Positions 1-8,064 of a DNA stretch of 64,000 nucleotides are shown here, in pieces (positions within the stretch are counted from its first letter, which is position 1; the number at the start of each line of letters is the position of its first letter). Source of the DNA: Bacteroidales bacterium UBA1217 (GTDB lineage: Bacteria; Bacteroidota; Bacteroidia; Bacteroidales; P3); assembly GCA_002309335.1 (NCBI GenBank), contig DBXH01000007.1, positions 4,974 through 68,973 on the forward strand, in the 5' to 3' direction. Both the position numbers and the translations under genes were made by a program. A model generated the notes under the pieces. It ran no database searches, was not told the origin of the DNA, and saw only the letters and a program-made list of their open reading frames with translations.

Positions 1-1902
1 AACGCGGTATTTGCCGGCAAGGTTGTTGATGTAGGTCGGATCGACCGAGCTTGTAATCTGGCGTGCCGTCTGGGTGAGCGACGTGGCGGGGAAGCGTACA
101 AAACGCTGACCGTCAGAGCTTACCTCTACGAATGCGAGTTCGAGGAAGTAGTCGTTGAATGAGTTCTCGAAAACAGCAAAGTCATAGCCGTCGCCATTTA
201 CAACGGGCTTGTCGAAAGTCAATGTGGCCATACCACCGTCGCCGAGACTTACAACGTCCATAGTGCTTGTAGAAGCGGCGCCGATGGCTTCGTCAGCCGT
301 ACCGTAGTTTACAACAGGAGCGTCGGGATTGCTGAGGTTCTGCGAGCCAAGCACGAGGGTGCAGCCCGTTGCCCAAGCCTTGATGCGGCTGTCGTTGTAG
401 GCAATGGCGGTGCAGCCTGTAGTTCCGACTATGCCGCAGAAGGGACCCATTCCGGCAGGCTGGGTGACGGCATAGATGGTCATAGGATAGGCGTAGGTGT
501 ACCACCAATATTGGTAGGTGGGGTCGAAAGTGCTGTCGACGACGACGCCAGCAGCGGGGTCGGCCCATTTCTCGAAGTCGCCGTCGTTGAGTGTCTGACC
601 CATACCCATGTCCATAAAGCCATTGTTTGTGCTGCCCCAATAGTTGCCGGGAGTGATGCCAAGAGTGGTTGATCCTACGGTGAAGTTGATATCGCCGAGG
701 TAGTAGCCGTCCATAGAGTAGCTGAAACGTGGGTCGGCGGCTGCGATGTCGTCCATCATGTCGGCGACGGTCTTGGTGCCGTTGAAGCGGTAGCCCCAAG
801 CGAGAGCGGTGTCGGCCCAATTGACAGCCATAATTACCTTGTTGGAGCCTTCGCCAACCCAGTACTCAATGGCGTCGGGGGCGATTGTAGCGTCGGCAGG
901 AGCGGGGATGTTCACGGGGTAGATGGTCATGGGATAGACATAGGTGTACCACCAATACTGGTAGGTGGGGTCGAAAGTGCTGTCGACGACAACGCCAGCA
1001 GCGGGGTCGGCCCATTTCTCGAAGTCGCCGTCGTTGAGTGTCTGACCCATACCCATGTCCATAAAGCCGTTGTTTGTGCTGCCCCAATAGTTGCCGGGAG
1101 TGATGCCAAAAGTGGTTGAACCTATGGTGAAGTTGATGTCGCCGAGGTAGTAACCGTCCATAGAAAAACTGAAGCGCGGGTCGGCGGCGGCGATGTCGTT
1201 CATCATATCGTTGACAGTCTTGGTGCCGTTAAACTTGTAGCCCCAAGCCAGCGCGGTATCGGCCCAGTTGATGGCCATAACGACCTGATTCGAGCCTTCA
1301 CCCACCCAGTAGAGTATTTCGCTGGCGGCAATAGTGGCCTCTTCGGGAGCTGCAGGACCGTTGGGATCCTCGACATATGTGAGTACGTCAATTGAAGTAG
1401 GTGCCGTAAAACTACCACCATCCCATTCAAACCACTCGATGAAATCGTTGTTGCTTACGGATTGCGCATTAACGGCATTTGCCATTGATCCATTTACTTC
1501 GTACATCCAGCCTAAGCCAAGGCCTTCAATGTCCATAGTACCATCGTCGTACGTCATATCATTAATGAAGCTACGACTGCTATTGAAACTGATGTTGATA
1601 CGAGACTCGTAGGTGTTCAAGGTATCCATAATGTCAGCAGCCATTACGGTGCCATTAAAACGGACACCCCAAACAAATCCATACTTTGTGATGTTGTAAT
1701 TGTTGTCCTCTTCAAACCAGGTGATTAATACAACAGCCCTATTGCTCCCTTGACCAACCCAGTAACGAACACTGTCCTGTGAAATAGGGGCAACATTATG
1801 AATTCGGGATCCTGGATTATGATTATCTAATCCAAGTGTTTGGGCTATAGCTCCAAATGTGAACATAAGCCCGAATGTTAATGTTAATAATTTTTTTACC
1901 AT
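1..1902 (-). CDS. Secreted multi-repeat protein, N-terminal 634 codons only (the 3' end lies beyond the left edge). First gene downstream of a cobalamin riboswitch.
   Basis: Absent from the ORF track because the window contains no stop codon for it. My own translation of the minus strand from ATG 1902-1900 gives MVKKLLTLTFGLMFTFGAIAQ (signal peptide), and the frame stays open to position 1. It has three copies of a ~150-aa module (YWVGEGSN..INWAD.ALAWGY.FNGTKTV.DMM.DIAAADPRF ... NYWGSTNNGFMDMGMGQTLNDGDFEKW). Track ORFs 293-820, 480-662, 866-1087 and 927-1109 are out-of-frame shadows of this gene. Confidence 0.8.
   Translation of the reverse strand, partial: MVKKLLTLTFGLMFTFGAIAQTLGLDNHNPGSRIHNVAPISQDSVRYWVGQGSNRAVVLITWFEEDNNYNITKYGFVWGVRFNGTVMAADIMDTLNTYESRINISFNSSRSFINDMTYDDGTMDIEGLGLGWMYEVNGSMANAVNAQSVSNNDFIEWFEWDGGSFTAPTSIDVLTYVEDPNGPAAPEEATIAASEILYWVGEGSNQVVMAINWADTALAWGYKFNGTKTVNDMMNDIAAADPRFSFSMDGYYLGDINFTIGSTTFGITPGNYWGSTNNGFMDMGMGQTLNDGDFEKWADPAAGVVVDSTFDPTYQYWWYTYVYPMTIYPVNIPAPADATIAPDAIEYWVGEGSNKVIMAVNWADTALAWGYRFNGTKTVADMMDDIAAADPRFSYSMDGYYLGDINFTVGSTTLGITPGNYWGSTNNGFMDMGMGQTLNDGDFEKWADPAAGVVVDSTFDPTYQYWWYTYAYPMTIYAVTQPAGMGPFCGIVGTTGCTAIAYNDSRIKAWATGCTLVLGSQNLSNPDAPVVNYGTADEAIGAASTSTMDVVSLGDGGMATLTFDKPVVNGDGYDFAVFENSFNDYFLELAFVEVSSDGQRFVRFPATSLTQTARQITSSVDPTYINNLAGKYRV
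474..1367 (-). repeat. Tandem 447-bp (149-codon) near-identical direct duplication inside the CDS
   Basis: agatggtcat occurs at 474 and again at 921. Long identical runs link 484-880 to 931-1327. Shadow ORFs 480-662 and 927-1109 give almost the same peptide, offset by exactly 447 nt. A third, diverged copy lies at about 1400-1800. Confidence 0.9.
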
Positions 1903-2039
1903 TTTGATACTGTTTTATAATGTTAATATTTTTCAATACAGTATCGGCAAACAAAATCGAGGGGAAATGGGGGAAAACAATGCAGAAAAAATGGGCCGCA
2001 TCTTGTTTCTCGGGCACTTTTTCCTCGAAAGTGAGCCGA

Positions 2040-2215
2040 TATTTTCAGATTTGGCAGGTCTTCTGACTTGTTCTTTGCCTCTCAGCCTTCCCACATAACT
2101 ATGACGTTATGCAGTGGCTATCTGTTTGATTGGCAATATACTGAACTTACAGCAGCGGGACTGTTCAGGATTTACACCTGATTCCCTTTTCACGCTTTTT
2201 CAAGCGACCAAATCG
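2040..2215 (-). promoter_or_regulatory. Cobalamin (B12) riboswitch
   Basis: The minus strand reads GCGTGAAAAGGGAATCAGGTGTAAATCCTGAACAGTCCCGCTGCTGTAAG ... ATAGCCACTGCATAACGTCATAGTTATGTGGGAAGGCTGAG ... AAGTCAGAAGACCTGCCAAAT. This matches the conserved cobalamin-riboswitch core (GGGAA..GGTG.AA.TCC...CCCGC.ACTGT, GCCACTG...GGGAAGGC) and a B12-box-like AGTCAGAAGACCTGCC. It lies between a -7 promoter box and the ATG at 1902. Confidence 0.85.
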
Positions 2216-2219
2216 GGTG

Positions 2220-2227
2220 CAAAAATA
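2220..2227 (-). promoter_or_regulatory. Bacteroidota -7 promoter box (TATTTTTG) for the riboswitch transcript
   Basis: Plus strand CAAAAATA is the reverse complement of TAnnTTTG, directly upstream of the riboswitch. Only an imperfect -33 element (CTTG) is present. Confidence 0.45.
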
Positions 2228-2267
2228 CACAAATTTTTAGAAATACAAGTTTTATGCAAAAAGAATC

Positions 2268-2717
2268 TTATTGCAGTTCGAATTTGAAAGGCAGGCAGTA
2301 CTGAAATCTTGCGGGTTTACCGTTGACGGTGCCGGGTTTCCAGCGGGGCATTTTCTGAACCACACGGATACACTCTTCGTCGATGCCGTAGCCTACACTT
2401 TGGGCAATCTTGATGTTGGTAATGCTGCCGTCTTTCTCGACGACAAACTGTACAATGGCTTCTCCAGTAACGCCGCGATCTCTGGCTTTATCGGGATAAT
2501 TCAGATTCTCAAAAATAAATTTGTATAGTTTGTTTTCGCCGCCTTTGTAGCTGGGCTCCACGATTACAGCGTTGGCGTCGGCAATATGGCTGCCATTATC
2601 GGAAAGTGCTGCAGCGCAGGGATTTTTCTGTTTGCTAGGAATGTTTTTCTGTGCTACGGCATTATAGTAGAATCCACATATCAATAGGCATAAAAAGATA
2701 AGGCTATGTTGTTTCAT
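2268..2717 (-). CDS. TonB C-terminal domain protein (energy transducer TonB family), secreted or anchored
   Basis: 149 aa with a signal or anchor peptide. The C-terminal region PSYKGGENKLYKFIFENLNYPDKARDRGVTGEAIVQFVVEKDGSITNIKI...GKPARFQYCLPFKF is typical of TonB_C. Confidence 0.75.
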   Translation of the reverse strand: MKQHSLIFLCLLICGFYYNAVAQKNIPSKQKNPCAAALSDNGSHIADANAVIVEPSYKGGENKLYKFIFENLNYPDKARDRGVTGEAIVQFVVEKDGSITNIKIAQSVGYGIDEECIRVVQKMPRWKPGTVNGKPARFQYCLPFKFELQ

Positions 2718-2729
2718 AATAATATTTTT

Positions 2730-4082
2730 TTATTCTTCTTTCATTCTGTCGTCGCCCCATACGGCGTTCATTGCGGCAAGGCATTCCTGGCGGGTGATGT
2801 CGTTTTTGCGTTCAAGGTGGCGCTGGTAGAAGATGCAGCGCGACAGACCGATTCGGTTGATGACCACGTCGCCGGCAAATGATTCGCAAGTGGGTGCACC
2901 GCACAGACCACAGTCAATCTGTGGCAGTTTGGCTTTGAGCTTGTTGATGCGCTCCATCTTCTCGAAGGCCTTGCTGCGGTCCTTGTCGAGAACAAACATC
3001 GAGCGCGGCTGCACGGCATCCACACGGCTGTTCTCGAGCAGATAGTCTTTCATCTTGTCCATTTCTCGTTCGCGTGGCACTTCGCCATTGCGCTCGCGTT
3101 CGGCGGCTTTACGGGCGCGGGCATACATACGGGCGCCGCAAAGGAAGCGGTTTTCATAACTCAACAGGGCTCCGGCGCAACTCTGGTCGCAGGCGCGTAG
3201 CTCAAGAAATTCGACATCCTCGACCTCGTCGTTCTCCAGTTTGTCGAGAAAATCCATAACATTCTGAATGCCGTCGATGGAGTAGGAGTTCTTTGCCAAG
3301 CAGATGCGCCGTTCGCCGTTGGTAAGGGTGCTGAGGATAGCATCGCTTGATAGGTTTATGGTGCGGCTCTGTTTGGGAATGTAATTTTTGCCCTGTTCCT
3401 TTATTTTGCGATATGTGCGGTTGAACAGCGAGTCCATATTGATGACTCCGTCTATGATTGAACGTTTTTCGCCTACGGGGGCTTTGACGGCAGCAATCTT
3501 GGCGGCGCAGGGGGTCACGTAGAAGAGTCCAATCTCTTCGCGAGGAATGCCTCGGTTCTGCAATTCCTGCAGGCAGTAGATGGCCGAAATGTCGAGTGGA
3601 GCCTTGATGGGCGTGATATTCTCGACGAGCGATGGATATTTTATTTGTATAAGTCTAACAATGGCAGGGCAGAAACTGGAAATTAGTGGTCGGATGTCGG
3701 GATTCTCGCGAGCAAAGTGTTCTTTGGCTTCAGCATAGATGTTGGCTGCCGACTCGACCTCAAAAACGTGGCGGAAACCCAAATCCTCGAGTGCATTATA
3801 TATTCGTGACACGCGTATTTCCTCTGGAAACTGCCCGAGGAAGACGGCGGGAATGAGTGCCACCGAGTGCGGGAACTGGTGTACCATCTCGAAGTCGTCC
3901 TGGTTGATATAAATAGCGTCGACAGGGCATGTTTCGTGGCATTTGCCGCAGTCGATACAACGGTGCTCTTGAAAGTAGGCCTTTCCACCGGTTATGCGGA
4001 TGGCCTCAGTAGGGCAAGCTTTCAAACAGCGCATACATCCTATGCACTTTTTTTCATTGATTTTGAGGGCGTGTACGAACAT
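2730..4082 (-). CDS. [FeFe]-hydrogenase-like Fe-S protein (two ferredoxin-type 4Fe-4S motifs, an H-domain-like core and a C-terminal Cys-rich Fe-S domain); putative sensory type
   Basis: CIGCMRCLKACP and CIDCGKCHETCP are 4Fe-4S motifs. H-cluster-like motifs are SSFCPAIV (L1 variant), VTPCAAK (L2) and ELRACDQSCAGA (L3). The C-terminus carries DCGLCGAPTCESFAG. Confidence 0.75.
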   Translation of the reverse strand: MFVHALKINEKKCIGCMRCLKACPTEAIRITGGKAYFQEHRCIDCGKCHETCPVDAIYINQDDFEMVHQFPHSVALIPAVFLGQFPEEIRVSRIYNALEDLGFRHVFEVESAANIYAEAKEHFARENPDIRPLISSFCPAIVRLIQIKYPSLVENITPIKAPLDISAIYCLQELQNRGIPREEIGLFYVTPCAAKIAAVKAPVGEKRSIIDGVINMDSLFNRTYRKIKEQGKNYIPKQSRTINLSSDAILSTLTNGERRICLAKNSYSIDGIQNVMDFLDKLENDEVEDVEFLELRACDQSCAGALLSYENRFLCGARMYARARKAAERERNGEVPREREMDKMKDYLLENSRVDAVQPRSMFVLDKDRSKAFEKMERINKLKAKLPQIDCGLCGAPTCESFAGDVVINRIGLSRCIFYQRHLERKNDITRQECLAAMNAVWGDDRMKEE

Positions 4083-4227
4083 TGTTTAATGGGGTAAAAG
4101 GGTTTGAAAGTTTTTAATGGTTGAAAAAGGAATAAGAATTTTTAAAGGTTGAAGGGTTTTAAAAGGCTAAATGATGCGCTTCCCTTTTAAGCGACCGCAG
4201 GGAGCGAACCTTTGGAAATTTTAATCT

Positions 4228-4638
4228 TTAAAAATTTACTTCCATTTCAACGGTGGTACCTACGCCGACTTCGCTGGTGACATTCAGTTTGTCGACGTTT
4301 TTCTGCATATTGGGTAGACCCATACCGGCGCCGAAGCCCATATCACGCACTTCGGGGCGTGCTGTGGAATAGCCTTCCTGCATAGCAAGGGCGATGTCGG
4401 GGATGCCGGGACCTTTGTCGGCAACAACCATCTTGATTTTATCAGAATCGATGTCGACCAGCACCTTGCCACCATAGGCATGTGCAATAGCGTTTACTTC
4501 GGCCTCGTAGAGTGCCACAACCACGCGCTTCACGATGCCTGGCTCCACGTTGAGCTGTTTCAGCGTTTTCTTGACTGAACTGGAGGCTTTTCCGGCATTG
4601 ACGAAATCACCTTCTATTACTGTGTATTCTTGATGCAT
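4228..4638 (-). CDS. GHKL/HATPase_c protein (anti-sigma-factor-like serine kinase family)
   Basis: 136 aa with an N-box (EAEVNAIAHA), G1 (DKGPGI) and G2 (GFGAGMGL). Confidence 0.75.
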   Translation of the reverse strand: MHQEYTVIEGDFVNAGKASSSVKKTLKQLNVEPGIVKRVVVALYEAEVNAIAHAYGGKVLVDIDSDKIKMVVADKGPGIPDIALAMQEGYSTARPEVRDMGFGAGMGLPNMQKNVDKLNVTSEVGVGTTVEMEVNF

Positions 4639-4689
4639 ATTAATGAGTTTACGGTTTAAAGGGTTCTCGAACTTTTTTACTCTTCAACT

Positions 4690-5031
4690 TTAATAAAGTG
4701 GCTTGATTCCAGCATCGTATAGTAGACCGCAGGCTTTGAACATAGAATATGGGCAGCTGAGTATCACCATATCGTCGTCCTCGGCAAGCTCAATCATATC
4801 TTCTGTGACCTTTTTGTTGCGTACAACGACAATGATGTCGAGCGATGCCATATCGCATGTGCGGATGGTCTGGATGTTGCACAAACCAGTTACAAGCATA
4901 GGAGTGTCCTTGAGCGTGAGGACGTCGCTCATAAGGTCGGAGGCAAATGCGTGTTCGACCTCTTCGTCAAGACGGTTTTCACCGATGCAGACTGTTGCGT
5001 TGAGCAGTTTTACTATTTCTCGGAGTGTCAT
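4690..5031 (-). CDS. DRTGG domain protein
   Basis: 113 aa. The sequence pattern (ASDLMSDVL...PMLVTGLCNIQTIRTC...DIIVVVRNKK) and the conserved partnership with the two downstream genes fit the DRTGG family. Confidence 0.6.
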   Translation of the reverse strand: MTLREIVKLLNATVCIGENRLDEEVEHAFASDLMSDVLTLKDTPMLVTGLCNIQTIRTCDMASLDIIVVVRNKKVTEDMIELAEDDDMVILSCPYSMFKACGLLYDAGIKPLY

Positions 5032-5204
5032 TTTGTTGCTGTTTTTTTAATTTTTTTGATGAAAAATAAAAATGCAAATTTACAAAATAATTTTAAAATG
5101 AAGTCGCTTTTTAAGAATTTACTTTTTTGTATTTTATGTAGATAGTTTATTTTTAATTTGTTATGTTGCTTGCAATTTTTTTTGTCTTTTATCGTTATAA
5201 GAAT

Positions 5205-6134
5205 ATGAAAACATTGAAAGATATGTTGTTGAAACAAGGCGATCTGGTGGCTTTGGCGGCAACGGCACGCAAGGTGACGCCCGATGAGGTTCAGCCTGCC
5301 ATCCGGCTCTTTGAGTCGTGGGGACTTAGGGTCTCTATTCCTGATGGACTTTTTGATACCGACAACCAGTTTGCCGGCAACGATTTCCATCGAGCTGCAA
5401 TACTACAAGAATTGATCGACAGCAATGAAGTCAAGGCGATTTTTTGTGTTCGTGGTGGTTATGGTACTGTGCGGATTGTGGACGATGTCGATTTCGGTTT
5501 GCTGAAAACGAAGCCCAAATGGATTGTTGGCTATAGCGACATAACTGTGCTGCACAGCCATATAGAATGCAACTGCGGTGTCCCGACGTTGCATGCAACT
5601 ATGCCGCTCAATATTCCTCCCGATGCTTGCAGTAGGCATTATCTTGCTACGGAAACTCTGCATCAGGTTCTCTTTGACGGGCATTTGCATTATGATTTTG
5701 AGAATAACAATGTAGATGGCATTCGGAACAGGTGTGGGCGTTGTTGTGCCCCAATTGTTGGCGGCAATTTGTCTGTGCTGTATAGCCTTCTTGGCTCGTC
5801 GTCGGATATTAACACCGAAGATAAAATCTTACTGATTGAAGATCTTGATGAATACCTTTATCATATTGATCGTATGATGATGGCTTTAAAGCGCTCTGGC
5901 AAACTGAAAGGACTGCGTGGATTGTTGGTGGGTGCAATGAACGATATGCACGACAATGCTGTGCCTTTTGGCCGCACGGCCGAGCAGATAGTTCGTGACG
6001 CGGTGGCCGACTACGACTATCCAGTTGCGTTTCATTGTCCATTTGGACATATTGGCACCGATAACCGGGCTTTGCCGCTTGGAGTGACAGTGACTATTGA
6101 AGTTGGTGAAAATGATGTTGTTATCGATATGTAA
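5205..6134 (+). CDS. LD-carboxypeptidase (peptidase S66)
   Basis: VGYSDITVLH (nucleophile Ser), LIEDLDEYLYHIDRM and FGHIG motifs. The track ORF starts at 5163, but I prefer the internal ATG at 5205 (MKTLKD) because the extra 14 aa are hydrophobic and not family-like. Confidence 0.8.
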   Translation: MKTLKDMLLKQGDLVALAATARKVTPDEVQPAIRLFESWGLRVSIPDGLFDTDNQFAGNDFHRAAILQELIDSNEVKAIFCVRGGYGTVRIVDDVDFGLLKTKPKWIVGYSDITVLHSHIECNCGVPTLHATMPLNIPPDACSRHYLATETLHQVLFDGHLHYDFENNNVDGIRNRCGRCCAPIVGGNLSVLYSLLGSSSDINTEDKILLIEDLDEYLYHIDRMMMALKRSGKLKGLRGLLVGAMNDMHDNAVPFGRTAEQIVRDAVADYDYPVAFHCPFGHIGTDNRALPLGVTVTIEVGENDVVIDM

Positions 6135-6198
6135 ATAACCTAAAAACGCCTAATTTAAAAAAAAGTTGTATCTTTGCATTTTTAAATGACGCTGACTT

Positions 6199-7530
6199 AT
6201 GCTGCTTGTCCATATACCTCGAATGACCAATCGGCTGGGATATACGCTCAATGTTATGTTCCGTCATTTGCTCAGAATGGAGTTCGAAATTACCGTTGAT
6301 TTGGATGTTTTTGAACATTTTGACGGTCCGAAACTCTGTTATGGTCACCAGAAATTGGGCGATGGTGTTTTTGTGCGCTCGTGCGACTTGCTGTTCCAGA
6401 CTACCATAGAAGACCAGTCTCCGCGTTGTTTTAAATATGAAGATATTGTTGCCCTTTATCCGACCCATACTGCTATAAGTGATTTTCCGTTCGACATCTT
6501 TGCAGCCTCGTTCTTTTGTTTGGCGCGCTATGAGGAGTACTTGCCTCATTTTACTGACGTTCATGGCCGTTTCCCTGCCACCGAGAGTTTAGCCTACAAA
6601 GAGCATTTTCTGAATTTGGCTGTTGTAGATCGTTGGGCTTTGATGCTTGTCGAGAAATTGAAACAACACTATCCGGAATTAAATATTTCACCACGCTATT
6701 TTGACATCGAAGACACCATTGACATCGATGCTGCCTATTGCTATAAAAATAAAGGAATCGTCCGGACATTGACGGGTATAGGACGCGACCTGATCTCCAA
6801 TGATAGCAAGGGCGAGATTCGCAAACGGCTTCGCGTGATTTTCAACAAGGAACAAGATCCGTTCGACAGTTTTGATTATATCATCGACGTCCACAAACGT
6901 TTGCCGGGAATCCGTCTGAAATTCTTCCCGCTAATGGCCGACTACAATGTCAACGACAAGCCGATTTCATATCAGAACGCAGAGTTCCGCCAGTTGCTTC
7001 AGCATTTGAGCGACTATGCCAAAATGGGTTTACACGCCTCTTATGCCTCCTTCGACGAACCTGAACTGGTTGGCGTTGAGAGTGATCGGCTGTCTTCGCT
7101 CCTGCATCGCAAAACGGTACGCAACCGCTACCATTTCCTGCGGCTGGCATTGCCTAAGTCGTATGATATCTTAATCGAAAACGGCATTCTGCACGACTAT
7201 ACTATGGGATATGCCGACGAACCTGGATTCCGGGCAGGGACAGGCAGTCCGTATCCTTTTTTTGACTTGGAAAGCGACTGCGAGACTCCGTTAACCATTC
7301 ACCCGTTCGCAGCAATGGATTCAACTTTCTATTATTATAAGAAAATGACTCCTGAAGCTGCGGAAACGGTATACAGACAGTTGGTCGATGAATTGAAGTT
7401 TGTTGGAGGAACTCTCTCCTTGCTTTGGCACAACCAGAGCCTGTGCGAGGATTTCGGATGGCAGGGATGGAGAGGTGTCTATGAACGTGTTTTGGCTTAT
7501 GCCGATGCCGCAAAAAAAACAAGAACTTAA
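6199..7530 (+). CDS. Conserved Bacteroidota protein, polysaccharide-deacetylase-like (putative)
   Basis: 443-aa ORF in the usual position upstream of kdsC. The C-terminal half (GLHASY...RNRYHFLR...GYADEPGFRAGTGSPYPFFD...LLWHNQSL) resembles deacetylase-fold proteins. The assignment is from memory of the family only. Confidence 0.5.
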   Translation: MLLVHIPRMTNRLGYTLNVMFRHLLRMEFEITVDLDVFEHFDGPKLCYGHQKLGDGVFVRSCDLLFQTTIEDQSPRCFKYEDIVALYPTHTAISDFPFDIFAASFFCLARYEEYLPHFTDVHGRFPATESLAYKEHFLNLAVVDRWALMLVEKLKQHYPELNISPRYFDIEDTIDIDAAYCYKNKGIVRTLTGIGRDLISNDSKGEIRKRLRVIFNKEQDPFDSFDYIIDVHKRLPGIRLKFFPLMADYNVNDKPISYQNAEFRQLLQHLSDYAKMGLHASYASFDEPELVGVESDRLSSLLHRKTVRNRYHFLRLALPKSYDILIENGILHDYTMGYADEPGFRAGTGSPYPFFDLESDCETPLTIHPFAAMDSTFYYYKKMTPEAAETVYRQLVDELKFVGGTLSLLWHNQSLCEDFGWQGWRGVYERVLAYADAAKKTRT

Positions 7531-7541
7531 ATCAATGGAAA

Positions 7542-8060
7542 ATGAACTATAAGGCGAAATTGCACGATATTAAGGCTTTTGTATTTGATTTCGATGGAGT
7601 AATGACCGACGGAAGTGTATGGATGTATGCCGACCGCGAAACGGTTCGATGTGGCAATATCAAGGATGGCTATGCTATTCAGTATGCTGTGAAAAAAGGC
7701 TATATCATCGCGCTGATATCTGGGGCTACATCTCTGAGTATCAATAATCGAATGGAGTCGCTCGGTGTGACGCAGATTTATACCGGATGTGCCAACAAAA
7801 TGGAGACTTACAGACGTTTCCTGGAGGAGAATAGTCTCAAGGAGAGCGAAGTCTTGTGTATGGGCGACGATATCCCGGACTTTGAGATTATGAGCCATTG
7901 CGGTGTCGCAGCTTGCCCTTCCGACGCTGCTGAGGAAATCAAGGAGATATCTGATTACATCTCGTTTTTCGGCGGCGGGCACGGGTGTGTCCGCGATGTT
8001 ATTGAACAAACTCTACGCCTTCAAGACAAATGGTTCCATAAGGATGCTGTAAATTGGTAA
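7542..8060 (+). CDS. kdsC: 3-deoxy-D-manno-octulosonate 8-phosphate phosphatase (HAD-IIIA)
   Basis: FVFDFDGVMTDG (HAD motif I), KDGYAIQYA, ISGA, MGDDIPD and ACPSDA motifs; 172 aa. Confidence 0.85.
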   Translation: MNYKAKLHDIKAFVFDFDGVMTDGSVWMYADRETVRCGNIKDGYAIQYAVKKGYIIALISGATSLSINNRMESLGVTQIYTGCANKMETYRRFLEENSLKESEVLCMGDDIPDFEIMSHCGVAACPSDAAEEIKEISDYISFFGGGHGCVRDVIEQTLRLQDKWFHKDAVNW

Positions 8061-8064
8061 ATTT

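Noticed and set aside
293-1109. Track ORFs 293-820, 480-662, 866-1087 and 927-1109 (Arg/His/Pro-rich peptides)
   Set aside because: They are out-of-frame readings of the real minus-strand gene at 1-1902. Their duplication simply mirrors the 447-bp tandem repeat.
5163-5204. Upstream ATG giving a 14-aa hydrophobic extension to the LD-carboxypeptidase
   Set aside because: The extension (MLLAIFFVFYRYKN) is not a convincing signal peptide and is not family-like. I prefer the internal ATG at 5205, though this is unproven.
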